A stretch of 32,099 bases of DNA from Betaproteobacteria bacterium (GTDB lineage: Bacteria > Nitrospirota > UBA9217): positions 1-32,099 of the forward strand of contig JBLMWN010000106.1 of NCBI GenBank assembly GCA_050257255.1, given 5' to 3'. Shown here in pieces: positions 10,501 to 19,041 of the stretch. The notes below the pieces were generated by a model. That model did no database searches. It saw only the letters and a program-made list of their open reading frames with translations, and had not been told where the DNA came from. The position numbers were made by a program, and so were the translations under genes. How positions within the stretch are numbered: the first letter of the stretch is position 1; the number at the start of each line of letters is the position of its first letter.

Positions 10501-10603
10501 TATAGATGAACGGCGGTCCCGGATGCGAAGAGAGAACCTCTTCAACAACATGTGTTTTTTCACTCCATGCCGCATTTCCGTATGGCAGAACTATCGATTT
10601 CAT
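7535..10603 (-). CDS. addB: AddB-like inactive-helicase/PD-(D/E)XK nuclease with iron-staple cysteines
   Basis: SCPY, RGSKVH, KIDRID..VVDYKTG, QLPVY and terminal CRYCPNEMMC (1+3 Cys [4Fe-4S] staple); paired with addA. Confidence 0.85.
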   Translation of the reverse strand: MKSIVLPYGNAAWSEKTHVVEEVLSSHPGPPFIYNDVLILVPSTRMKRAYGRIFLDTLLRLYGSSAMVQPEVQTLHQYFHHLYSHIGGPLLMDENNRLVLLEGIVKELISGAYAFSKNQDILAPSLSASAADMIEQLSSAGITSQRLSAVMAENDFLAKAQVRLLVDVYGRYERMLAEKGLLDPGGTLALLAERFDPSWIAKYSRIIIDGIHDANELQAGILRRIAAHKNCTLLVEAPSAESIKQAKDYHPLRLIREFLGGLGISPGAASATLSPEDRFLSETLFSDKPFAEAAKSAPNPASFSKEINLLSAVNTREEASFIAGLVKRSLRSGSAPDTILVTFPALDEYGPLIEEIFIDYGIPYNRALGRQLGTSPVTTAVISLLRACQEDFSGPSLMRIFSLPFLKFGEHPSLAPALDRLMRNKRIPGGKQKLLAALKHHIREENDKDILSEPLNDLFKALGPFSLQDAAPLGLWMERLKDLIAWSGLGARVAAIKGPLNINLQAYTKMNNTLTSLSRAGKLFPEYRYTFSEWLFLLRKTFMHTRFQVPPEDEGGVQILGLGESTGRVWNEIYLGGLVDGKFPQRLPQNIFLPEETLEVLGVRTLERARMTAAYHFYRLLLSAPKVTLTYPENEGDRPVVPSPFLEELTPLKTAGLLNRGIEKISGIQFSLHIEESCSIPELAKAISLAGDIKGLDGLLNSNIEGLSGIRRAINYQPAGATPATASLRKAEFSVTELDNYISCPYDYYVKHVLGIEPLEEVTEDISPMARGSKVHAILRNFYLSWNRAVTKDSRADARSLLRSLADSSFDQEADTFRNRREKELFLAVMAERFLDAEEKFWKQGMRPAYLEQKIERYRLILSNGAEIDLSAKIDRIDVDADGNFIVVDYKTGAYPLPKMNVDQEIFQLPVYAVMAQSALKGNGLRLKKPVGLAYYDLAGKTGAEARDVVLFNKDARNDHPSSKPKASPKSAQEFETILKQSMDKARKAVEGILAGDFTSTPQDEKKCRYCPNEMMCENESS

Positions 10604-10634
10604 TGCGTGATGATTATGCCATAAGTAAAAATTA

Positions 10635-10663
10635 TTGACAACGATTAGTGCATAGTTTATTAT
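10635..10663 (+). promoter_or_regulatory. sigma70-type promoter for the ferredoxin-trxA genes
   Basis: TTGACA (10635-10640), 17 bp spacer, TATTAT (10658-10663). Confidence 0.7.
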
Positions 10664-10679
10664 TACAAACAGTTGTTAT

Positions 10680-10880
10680 ATGCAATTCAAAATCACGACA
10701 GATAAATGCACCGGATGCGGGACGTGCAAGGACATCTGCCCCACCGAAGCGATCATAATTGAAAACGGTAAAGCAGAAATCACCTTGGAGTGCATCGACT
10801 GCGGAGCGTGCCCACGTGCCTGCCCCGAGGGCGCGATCAAGACCCAGGTGTCGTCCGCACTGGTATCAACAGTAAAATAA
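10680..10880 (+). CDS. 2x[4Fe-4S] ferredoxin
   Basis: [12 protein letters not shown] and [12 protein letters not shown] motifs. Confidence 0.92.
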   Translation: MQFKITTDKCTGCGTCKDICPTEAIIIENGKAEITLECIDCGACPRACPEGAIKTQVSSALVSTVK

Positions 10881-10896
10881 TTTTGAGGAGGCTGGC

Positions 10897-11220
10897 ATGG
10901 CGGAAGCGGTTACGAGCGCAACATGGGAACAGGAAGTGCTGAAAGCGTCAGGTCTTGTCCTGGTGGACTTCTGGGCGGTCTGGTGCGGGCCCTGCAGGAT
11001 GGTAGCTCCGATTGTAGAGGAGATCTCGAAGGAATACGAAGGAAAAATCAAAGTCCTCAAACTTAATACGGACGAGAACCCCGATGTGGCCGGAAAATAC
11101 CGCATTATGGGCATTCCAACCCTGATGTTCTTCAAGGGCGGGCAGACCGTCGACCAGGTGGTCGGGGCCGTTCCGAAGGCGCAGCTCAAGACAAAAGTTG
11201 ATGCGCTGCTCGCGAAATAA
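10897..11220 (+). CDS. trxA: Thioredoxin
   Basis: [15 protein letters not shown]; RBS GAGGAGG. Confidence 0.95.
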   Translation: MAEAVTSATWEQEVLKASGLVLVDFWAVWCGPCRMVAPIVEEISKEYEGKIKVLKLNTDENPDVAGKYRIMGIPTLMFFKGGQTVDQVVGAVPKAQLKTKVDALLAK

Positions 11221-11278
11221 GAAGTGACGCCCTTCAGCATGCTTCGGGCTCAGCTTTTCGCCAGGTGTTAATTCAATT

Positions 11279-11306
11279 GCTGCCCGCCTCAGGCGGGCAG
11301 TTTTCA
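11279..11306 (+). terminator. Probable intrinsic terminator after trxA
   Basis: CTGCCCGCC / GGCGGGCAG hairpin followed by TTTT. Confidence 0.6.
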
Positions 11307-11340
11307 TTTTTGTTCTGCGCAGCACAAGGAGATCGGTTCA

Positions 11341-11829
11341 ATGTTCAAAAGATTTTTTGCAGTATCCGTTCTGATTATCGCGACCCTGTTCGCCTGTACC
11401 GAAAAGAGCGCCCAGTCAGGCGGCGCCGTCGCCTCCGATTTCACCCTGCAGGACCTGAACGGGAAAAACGTTAAGCTCTCTGACTATAAGGGGAAGGTGG
11501 TCCTTCTCGATTTCTGGGCGACCTGGTGCCCCCCGTGCCGCGCGTCGATTCCTGCCATCGAGAAGATCCATAAGATGTATAAGGACAAGGGGCTGGTGGT
11601 GCTCGCTGTCTCGCTCGATGACGGCGGCTGGGATTCTGTGAAATCTTTTATCACCGAGTATGGCATTACGTACACCGTGCTCAAAGGCACTGAAGATGTG
11701 GCCGTGAATTATATGGTTCGCACGATCCCGATGCTGCTTGTCCTCGACAAGCAAGGCCGGATCTCAAAACGGTATCTCGGGTTTGGAGATGAAGAAGACC
11801 TGGAGAACGACATCAAGGCCGTCCTGTAG
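11341..11829 (+). CDS. TlpA/ResA-like thiol-disulfide oxidoreductase lipoprotein
   Basis: Lipobox LFAC, DFTLQDLNG, DFWATWCPPC. Confidence 0.9.
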   Translation: MFKRFFAVSVLIIATLFACTEKSAQSGGAVASDFTLQDLNGKNVKLSDYKGKVVLLDFWATWCPPCRASIPAIEKIHKMYKDKGLVVLAVSLDDGGWDSVKSFITEYGITYTVLKGTEDVAVNYMVRTIPMLLVLDKQGRISKRYLGFGDEEDLENDIKAVL

Positions 11830-11962
11830 CGGTTTGCACTTCCGGTTTTTGGGTGACTCCGAAACAGGCATCAGATTCTCGGTGAATTGAAACAATCCTC
11901 CCTTTCTGACAGGACCGCGAAAGCGTTTGATACCGCTGGATGTTCTTATTCTGTTTTCGTGG

Positions 11963-11991
11963 TTGACATCATCTATGCCTGCCGCTATAAT
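11963..11991 (+). promoter_or_regulatory. Consensus sigma70 promoter of tRNA-Gly
   Basis: TTGACA (11963-11968), 17 bp spacer, TATAAT (11986-11991), 11 nt before the tRNA. Confidence 0.88.
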
Positions 11992-12002
11992 GTTTTTCTA
12001 AA

Positions 12003-12078
12003 GCGGGCGTAGCTCAGCTGGTAGAGTACAAGCTTCCCAAGCTTGGGGTCGCGGGTTCGAAACCCGTCGCCCGCTCCA
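12003..12078 (+). tRNA. tRNA-Gly (anticodon CCC)
   Basis: Acceptor GCGGGCG/CGCCCGC, D arm AGCTCAGCTGGTAGAGT, anticodon arm CAAGC-TTCCCAA-GCTTG, T arm GCGGG-TTCGAAA-CCCGT, encoded CCA; 76 nt. Confidence 0.97.
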
Positions 12079-12091
12079 ATTTTCGGTTTTT

Positions 12092-12120
12092 AATCCGTGA
12101 GTTTATCTCACGGATTTTTT
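12092..12120 (+). terminator. Intrinsic terminator after tRNA-Gly
   Basis: AATCCGTGAG-TTTAT-CTCACGGATT perfect stem followed by a T run. Confidence 0.8.
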
Positions 12121-12610
12121 GTTTGTCCAAGAGTTGTCCGAGTCCATCCACCATCCAAGCCCTCTGCCGTATCTTTCTCTTTCTCCGTCCTGATGCCGTG
12201 TACGGCCCTCCCGCGTTCGAGGATTTCACCAACGACAACGTACGAGACCGAAAGATTAAGCAGGTCTCATGTTCTCGCAGTTGGCAACCTGGGAGCACGT
12301 GTCATCAGGCGTATACGTGATCTCGCCGCGTCGTTCTAGTACGAGCATATGGGGCAGGATATGCAGGATATCTGGTAAGAGCATTAAACATGTCATCAAT
12401 GTGAGTGATCGGTGCGGATTTTGCCCAGTCCAGGACGTCGAAGAAGGGATGAATAGCTTATCTACATTTCGTTTGACTTCGCGTAGGCGAGAGGATGCCC
12501 GGGCCGTTGGTCATGACAATTTAAAATTTCCCCCCTTACACAAACGCTGATGAACGTCATCCCTTATCCATGATAAATACAAAATGCTATGCTCTATATT
12601 AGAGCTGCCT

Positions 12611-13027
12611 ATGAAAAACTTTATTTACTTACTCGCTGCGCTTGCACTTTTCGCATGTGGACAAGACAATCAAGCGCCCCCCGTAGTAGACCTCTCAAAT
12701 ACTACTATAGTGTGGGAAGGTAATATTCAAGAAAATTCGGATTTCATGGTCACCTATAATGATGTAAAGCAATGCCTCGAATCTTTTGGCTTAGTGAATA
12801 ATGCCGTGCCGCCTTATGTGGTTCTCACTGAGAAATTTAAAACATTTATCTGCGACGGGCAGGTGGTCACCGGCTGTGCTTTATTCAACACAAATACCAT
12901 CTATGTGCCAGAACAAGCCACATGGGGCACACAATATATCTTTAAACATGAGCTGGTCCATATAATTTCTCATCTCGGTAATGATGCCCATAACACGAAA
13001 CCTTGTGTCATCTGCTCCGAAATGTAA
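12611..13027 (+). CDS. Hypothetical lipoprotein with HExxH (HELVH) zincin-like motif
   Basis: MKNFIYLLAALALFAC lipoprotein signal; FKHELVHIISH; visibly AT-richer than flanking genes. Confidence 0.65.
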   Translation: MKNFIYLLAALALFACGQDNQAPPVVDLSNTTIVWEGNIQENSDFMVTYNDVKQCLESFGLVNNAVPPYVVLTEKFKTFICDGQVVTGCALFNTNTIYVPEQATWGTQYIFKHELVHIISHLGNDAHNTKPCVICSEM

Positions 13028-13578
13028 GTATACTATACATTATGATTCCTGATTCATGTCTGGCCGTCCTGCTTTGCACTTAGCTGCAACAGGTTGCACC
13101 CCTGCTGTTGACATGGTCAACGGCAGGGGATCATTCGCTGAATTTCACATGAACCCTGCGGTGGCACGGCAGAATGTTCCTGTGTATAGCATTCGGGTGG
13201 ACCGTCTGCATCGGCAACAGTTACTGATCGGGCGGCTACGAATAAAATCGTTCAAAAACTGTAATGCTAAAAGCCTACAGTAAACATCGTCCTATTCGTA
13301 GATTTACCATATGGTATAATTCATTTATACGACTATCCATCTCTCACAATTTAACAACTAAAATATATATTCAGTTCCCGTTTGAAGAATACAATAACGC
13401 TTGAATGCTCAAGTAAGTCATCGGACGGGGCTGAAGCAATATAACATCACCAAGTTTATATCAAATATAACTAAATATCTTTATAGCTAAAGACAGAACG
13501 TTGCAAGAGGATTATGATTTTGTTTTCTCTGGAACGCGCGGTTGGGATTGTGACCGGAAGCGCACAAAGGAGGATTGA

Positions 13579-16302
13579 ATGGCTATTTCACGGAGAGGTT
13601 TTATCAAGATTTGCGCCCTGGGCGCCGGGGCCGCGGCAGGATCGCACTTTTTCCGCCTGGCCGATGCGATCCCGGGCATGGAGCAGCAGGAGGGCACCGG
13701 CGTGCTTGAATACGTGCGGTCCACCTGTTCGCCGAACTGCACCGGAGCCTGCGGATTTAATGCCATGGTCTACAAGGGCAGGATCCAATCCCTGGTCCAG
13801 GCAGCCGACTACCCCGAGGCGGAGTACAATCCGAGAGGATGTCTCCGGGGGCAGTCCTCGCTCAACCTCATCTACGGCCCGGATCGGCTCAAACAGCCGC
13901 TCGTCAGGGTCGGCAAGCGGGGCGAGGGAAAGTTCAAGGCCGTGAGCTGGGACGAGGCCCTTGACTACGTCTCGGACAAGCTCGCCGGGATCACGCAGAA
14001 ATACGGGCCCGAGTCCGTGGTGGGTAATATCCAGGTGCCGGGCACGGGCTACGTGCACAAAGGTGCGCTTATGCGCCTCGCTTCCATGAATGAATGGAGC
14101 ATCATCCACGCCTATACGATGAACGGCGACCTGCCGGCGTTCTGGCCCATGACCTTCGGCGTCCAGACCGAGGAGCTGGAATCTCTGGAGTGGACCAATT
14201 CGAAATACACGATGATCCTGGGCTCCAATGTGATGGTCACGCGCGTGCCCGACGCAAAGTTCCTGAACATCAGCAGGGAGAACGGCAATAAGGTTGTCGT
14301 GGTCGATCCGAATTACAGCCCTACGGCAGCCAAGGCCGATGAATGGATCCAGATTAATCCCTCCTCCGACGCCGCTTTTGCCATGGGCATCGTGAGCGTT
14401 ATCGTGAACGAAAAGCTCTATGACGAAGAATTCATCAAGACCAACACCGACATGCCCCTCCTGGTCCGGCTCGACAACAACAAAAAGCTCCTTGCAGCCG
14501 ACGTGGCTTCCCTGTCCGGCCGGGCGAAGGAGCGTAAGAAAAAGATCCCCGAATACCGCGACCTGTACGTTGTGTATAACATGAATACCAAAGGCTATGC
14601 CATCCCCGATCCCGAAAACCTGAAGCGGGACTTCGATCCCGCGCTCGAAGGGGAGTTCGAGGTTTATCTCACCGGCGGGAAGAGGGTGAAGGTGAAGCCG
14701 GTGTTCCAACTCCTTACGGAATACGTGAACGCCCATTATACGCCGGAAATGGCGGCCCGCATCATCGCTCCTGAAGAGTCCCGGATCACGGAATATACAG
14801 ATATGATCAAAAGGATCGCCCGTGAAATGGCCACGCACAAGCCGCTCCATATCGTCTACGGCGCGAGCAACTACCAGTGGTACCACGGTGACCTGAAGGG
14901 CAGGGCGCTTTCACTCATCGTCACCCTGACCGGAAACCTCGGCAAGTCCGGGGCGGGCATCTCGACTTACGCGGGACAGTATCGCGTCCGCTGGCCCCTG
15001 GGCGCCTGGTGGGCCTTCAAGGGCAAGATGAACAAGTGGACGAACTACCTGCTCTGGATGAACGACGAGTACCGCAACGGCGAGGAGTTCAAGAAATACG
15101 GCAAGGATATCCCGTATCCCAAGAACGGGATCAAGGCCTTCATCTACGGCTGGGGGAACCCCTTCGACCAGCACAACATGGCGAACCGGATGCGCGAGAA
15201 GGCCACAAGCGGAGAGCTCGAACTGATCGTGACAACCGATTTCCAGATGAGCACATCCTGCCTCTGGTCCGATGTGGTGCTTCCCGGCGTTGCGTGGTAC
15301 GAGAAGTACGAGCTCACGGCAACGATCCCCCATCCCTACATCCAACTGCAGCAGCCCGCCATCGAGCCCCTGTTCCAGTGCATGCCCGAACTCTGGATCT
15401 ACAAAGAGATCGCAAAGAGGCTCGCGCACAAGACCGGCAACCAGGAGAACATCAAGAGCATCGCCGAATTCTATCCCGATCCGCAGGTGTACTTGGAGGA
15501 AGAAGCTGCGAGAAAGAACGGGACCTGGACGCTCAAGCTCGCACGTCAGCTCACGAACAAGGCCTCGCTCGATGCCGCGGCGCTCATGCTCAAGACCGGC
15601 GGACCTACGGTGAAGGACATCACCATTGACATGCTTAAGCAAGGCCCGGTGAGAATGAACCTGGCCACGCCGAACAAGAGGCAGATCATGTTCTACGAGC
15701 AGGTACACGATCAGAAGGCGTTCCCGCCCCCGTCCTTCCCTGCGCCTCTCCCGAAGACGGCGCGGTTCGTCAAGAGCGGCAGGATCGAGTTCTACAAGGA
15801 CGAAGACATCTTCATCGAAACAGGCGAGACGCTGCCCGGGCACAAAGACCCCTTCAAGGACACGGAGAACCGGAAACGGGGGGAGAAGGACAAATACAAG
15901 CTCGCCCTGATCACGCGGAACTCTCTTTACCGGGTCCACTCGACGCACAGCAACAATATCAGCCTGCTCGAACTCCAGGACTTCAAGCCGAAGATCTGGC
16001 TCAATCCGAAAGCAGCCGCGGAGCGGGGCATCAAGGAAGGCGACCACGTGGAAGCCTTCAACGACCGGGGCAAGGTCCTGGGGTACGCGGTCCTCGACCC
16101 CGGCCTGCACCATGCCGTGGCCGTGTTCGAAGAGGGTTGGTGGAGCAAGTATACCTTAGGCACATCCTATAACACACTCACCTATCCGTGGATCAAGGCA
16201 GCGCATGTTATCTACTTCACGCCCGGCATTTGGGAGCCCACGACGGCCTGGAACGAGTGCGCCTGCGAAGTGAAAAAGGCCGGGGAGGTAAGCCATGCGT
16301 AA
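13579..16302 (+). CDS. Tat-exported Mo/W-bis-PGD oxidoreductase catalytic subunit (DMSO reductase family, type II/Nar-like)
   Basis: Tat motif SRRGFIK; FS0 motif CSPNCTGAC-x29-C; NGDLP..P.TFGVQT matching the NarG Asp-ligand loop; VDPNYSPTAAKADEW; SDVVLP; C-terminal RVHSTH domain; RBS AAGGAGG. Confidence 0.9.
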   Translation: MAISRRGFIKICALGAGAAAGSHFFRLADAIPGMEQQEGTGVLEYVRSTCSPNCTGACGFNAMVYKGRIQSLVQAADYPEAEYNPRGCLRGQSSLNLIYGPDRLKQPLVRVGKRGEGKFKAVSWDEALDYVSDKLAGITQKYGPESVVGNIQVPGTGYVHKGALMRLASMNEWSIIHAYTMNGDLPAFWPMTFGVQTEELESLEWTNSKYTMILGSNVMVTRVPDAKFLNISRENGNKVVVVDPNYSPTAAKADEWIQINPSSDAAFAMGIVSVIVNEKLYDEEFIKTNTDMPLLVRLDNNKKLLAADVASLSGRAKERKKKIPEYRDLYVVYNMNTKGYAIPDPENLKRDFDPALEGEFEVYLTGGKRVKVKPVFQLLTEYVNAHYTPEMAARIIAPEESRITEYTDMIKRIAREMATHKPLHIVYGASNYQWYHGDLKGRALSLIVTLTGNLGKSGAGISTYAGQYRVRWPLGAWWAFKGKMNKWTNYLLWMNDEYRNGEEFKKYGKDIPYPKNGIKAFIYGWGNPFDQHNMANRMREKATSGELELIVTTDFQMSTSCLWSDVVLPGVAWYEKYELTATIPHPYIQLQQPAIEPLFQCMPELWIYKEIAKRLAHKTGNQENIKSIAEFYPDPQVYLEEEAARKNGTWTLKLARQLTNKASLDAAALMLKTGGPTVKDITIDMLKQGPVRMNLATPNKRQIMFYEQVHDQKAFPPPSFPAPLPKTARFVKSGRIEFYKDEDIFIETGETLPGHKDPFKDTENRKRGEKDKYKLALITRNSLYRVHSTHSNNISLLELQDFKPKIWLNPKAAAERGIKEGDHVEAFNDRGKVLGYAVLDPGLHHAVAVFEEGWWSKYTLGTSYNTLTYPWIKAAHVIYFTPGIWEPTTAWNECACEVKKAGEVSHA

Positions 16303-17044
16303 ACTGGGAATGGTCATTGATCTCAATCGCTGCATCGGGTGCAGGAGCTGTGCCGTAGTCTGCAAGATTCACAACTCGCTTCCGCCGGGGACCTGGTGGC
16401 AGCGCGTCGAGACCGTGGGATCGCAGGAACACTTGATCCCTGTCGGCGAATACCCCGATCTGTCCGAAGTTTTTCTGCCGGTGCCGTGCCAGCACTGCGA
16501 CAACGCGCCCTGCGTCAAGGTCTGCCCGGTGAAAGCCACCTGGCAGCGGGAAGATGGGCTCGTGCTTGTGGACTACGAGCGCTGCATCGGGTGCCGGTAC
16601 TGCATGACAGCGTGCCCTTACGGGGTCCGGCAGTTCAACTGGCAGGATTCCGAAAAAAGCTTCAAGGAAGGTTTCAAGAAGGCGGGCTTCGAGGAGAACT
16701 GGTTCGCGGACAAAGACTATCGTTTCGGCTACCCCCTCGACCATCGGACAAAGGACGGAAGGCTCGTGTTCACGCAGAAGAGACCCAGGGGCGTGGTGGA
16801 GAAATGCACGTTCTGCGTCCAGTATGTGGACCAGGGTCTCCTTCCCGCATGCGTTCGCGGGTGCCCGGGCAACGCCAGAACCTTCGGCGACCTGAACGAT
16901 CCGGACAGCGAAATTTCCAGGATCATCCGCGGTCGGAACGTGTTCAAACTGATGTCTGACCTTGGCACGGAGCCCAAGGTTTTCTATATTCCGCCGGCGC
17001 GGAAGGAAGGGAAAGGAGGCATCCACTATGGAAAAAAGGTATAA
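16295..17044 (+). CDS. 4x[4Fe-4S] electron-transfer subunit (DmsB/NrfC/PsrB type)
   Basis: CIGCRSCAVVC, CQHCDNAPCVKVCP, CIGCRYCMTACP, KCTFC...PACVRGCP. Confidence 0.93.
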   Translation: MRKLGMVIDLNRCIGCRSCAVVCKIHNSLPPGTWWQRVETVGSQEHLIPVGEYPDLSEVFLPVPCQHCDNAPCVKVCPVKATWQREDGLVLVDYERCIGCRYCMTACPYGVRQFNWQDSEKSFKEGFKKAGFEENWFADKDYRFGYPLDHRTKDGRLVFTQKRPRGVVEKCTFCVQYVDQGLLPACVRGCPGNARTFGDLNDPDSEISRIIRGRNVFKLMSDLGTEPKVFYIPPARKEGKGGIHYGKKV

Positions 17045-18299
17045 CTCTGTCGTGGCGATCCTTGCCGTACTGGTGGGCGTCGGCGTGGTCGCCTGGATAT
17101 ATCAGCTGAGCACGGGCCTGATCGCGACCGACATGAGAAACGGTTTTTCCTGGGGCTTGTACATCGCGACCTGGGCGTTCTTCGTTGGAACCGCTGCAGG
17201 AGGTCTCGTAGTCTCCTCCGCCATCTATCTTTTCGGGGCCAAGCAATTGAAGCCCATCGCCAAGGTGGCATCGCTCACGGCCTTTCTCTTCGCCATGGGT
17301 GCGATGATCATCCTGCTTCCGGACATCGGCAGGCCTGACCGGCTCTATTATTTTCTGCTCCATCCGAATTTTAAATCCATGCTGCCCTGGGACGTGATCG
17401 TCCTGTCGGGCTACGCCGCGGTATCGGCAATCTACACCTATACGCTGCTCTATCCCGATATCGTGGCCCGGGGAGTCGCAGTGCCGTTCATCGGTGTTGT
17501 CGGCAAAAGGAACGTAAGCGAAGCTGAGCTTGCCAGGCTCCGGGAGATATCGGATAAACGCGCAAAGAACCTGGCGCCTGTGGCCCTGCCGCTTGCCATC
17601 CTCATCCATACGGTCACCGCCTGGGTGCTCGCGACCCAGATGGCGCGGCCTTGGTGGTACGGCGGCGTGCTGGCCCCCACGTTCATTGCTGCCGCCCTGG
17701 CCAGCGGCCCGGCCATCGTGATCCTTGCCTCCCTCGTCGTATACGGGTACAAGGAAAAACTGGAGGGCACCTATGCGCTGCTCGCCAAGGTATCGGCTGT
17801 CGCATCGGTCATTATGCTTTTTATCTACTACAATGACTTCGTCGTGCGGCTTTGGTGGAACGCGGGACGTGAGTTCGAGGCATTAAAGCTGGTGTTTACC
17901 CGGTATCCCCTGTTCCACGCCACAGAGGTGGTCTTTATCTTGCTGGCAACGATTATCTTCATCAAGTACCCGAAGGACCCGAAAAAGCTGGTCCTGGGGA
18001 GCATCTCCGTCGTTGTGGGCGTTTTCGCGCATCGTATCCTGCTCCTGCCGCCTGCCTACAATAATATGCCGCTCAGGCTGCCGGTAATGCTGCACAACGA
18101 GACGATGGAGTGGTCCTATCCCATCTCTGTGGGACAGGTGCGAGGCTCTCTCCTCCACCCGCAAAAAATATTCATGTCGTTCTATGACTATTTCCCTTCT
18201 TCCGTGGAAATCATAATCACTATTGGCGTTATGGCTCTTCTCGGCCTCGCGTTCCTGGGACTGATGAAGATGCTGCCGATGAGGGAGTCTGAACAATGA
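17028..18299 (+). CDS. NrfD/PsrC-family membrane anchor (quinol-interacting subunit)
   Basis: WGLYIA..FFVG.AAG, DIGRPDR, PNFKSMLPWD, IHTVTAW, RPWW; many hydrophobic helices; RBS AAAGGAGG before ATG 17028. Confidence 0.9.
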   Translation: MEKRYNSVVAILAVLVGVGVVAWIYQLSTGLIATDMRNGFSWGLYIATWAFFVGTAAGGLVVSSAIYLFGAKQLKPIAKVASLTAFLFAMGAMIILLPDIGRPDRLYYFLLHPNFKSMLPWDVIVLSGYAAVSAIYTYTLLYPDIVARGVAVPFIGVVGKRNVSEAELARLREISDKRAKNLAPVALPLAILIHTVTAWVLATQMARPWWYGGVLAPTFIAAALASGPAIVILASLVVYGYKEKLEGTYALLAKVSAVASVIMLFIYYNDFVVRLWWNAGREFEALKLVFTRYPLFHATEVVFILLATIIFIKYPKDPKKLVLGSISVVVGVFAHRILLLPPAYNNMPLRLPVMLHNETMEWSYPISVGQVRGSLLHPQKIFMSFYDYFPSSVEIIITIGVMALLGLAFLGLMKMLPMRESEQ

Positions 18300-18799
18300 A
18301 CCCCTATCGGTATTTTTCGCTGATTTTTTCCTATCCCACGGAGCAAAACAGAAGAGACCTCGGGAAACTATCACTGGTCGAGGGAGTGGCGGGACTTCGT
18401 TCCGCGGAAATCCTCGGCGCCGTCAGCCTGGAGGAGCTTCAGGCGGAGTACACGCGGCTTTTCATTTCCGCCTACCCAAAGCTTATCTGTCCGCCCTATG
18501 AGTCATACTATAGAGAGGGGATTGTCTATGGGAATTCCTCGATCGAAGTAGGAGAGTGGTACCAGAAGCGCGGTCTCGACTTCATCTGCGAGGGAGAACC
18601 CGCGGACATCGTCAGCGCAGAGCTGGAATTTCTGGCGATCACGAACGACGGCCCGTTTCTCAGGAGAATGAAGAAATGGATCTTCGAGTTTACCGGCAAC
18701 GTGAAGCAGAACTCAACGATCTATGGCCCCTGCGCCGATGAATTGGAAAAGTTTTTAATGCAACAGGAGGGAACGGAGACGGCCGTTCCGGTCGTATGA
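18296..18799 (+). CDS. TorD/DmsD-family molybdoenzyme maturation chaperone
   Basis: EYTRLF, PPYESYY, EPAD...ELEFL motifs (His of the usual DH replaced by Ile); ATGA overlap with the anchor gene. Confidence 0.82.
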   Translation: MNPYRYFSLIFSYPTEQNRRDLGKLSLVEGVAGLRSAEILGAVSLEELQAEYTRLFISAYPKLICPPYESYYREGIVYGNSSIEVGEWYQKRGLDFICEGEPADIVSAELEFLAITNDGPFLRRMKKWIFEFTGNVKQNSTIYGPCADELEKFLMQQEGTETAVPVV

Positions 18800-19041
18800 A
18801 ACCAGCGACCGCATGAATGATGGGAGTGAAGCAGGGAAAAAGAAGCCACACCCCGAGACCCCGCATTCAAATCGGTCTCAGCGGGAAGGAAAATCACGTT
18901 TCAAGAATACCCGGAATATTTTCCGGTTTGATCCTCGCTGGACGGCGAATATCAGCAGCCTTTAATGTCGCATTGAAGCCCGCCGCAGAGCCACGGAGAA
19001 ATAGATTGATTGCAGAGAACTTGATCAATGGGAGGAAGATC

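Noticed and set aside
4040-10603. Cas4-like or anti-phage helicase-nuclease system
   Set aside because: Gene order, sizes and motifs fit housekeeping AddAB; no CRISPR array or cas genes in the window.
12121-12560. Integrase remnant next to the tRNA
   Set aside because: No convincing HxLRH or LGH motif in the frames I read; the short ORFs look spurious.
13588-16113. Long antisense ORFs (432 and 400 aa) and similar ones opposite cobT, thiG and the M23 gene
   Set aside because: Shadow ORFs expected from GC-rich codon bias opposite well-supported genes; no motifs.
13579-16302. Naming the enzyme narG, nxrA or pcrA, or invoking selenocysteine
   Set aside because: FS0 motif, length and partner subunits differ from each; there is no in-frame TGA.
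19005-19030. FNR box upstream of fmdE (TTGAT...TTGATCAA)
   Set aside because: Spacing does not match TTGAT-N4-ATCAA.
18817-19041. 75-aa N-terminal extension of FmdE
   Set aside because: The family motif begins after ATG 19042, which has a good RBS; the upstream stretch looks intergenic.
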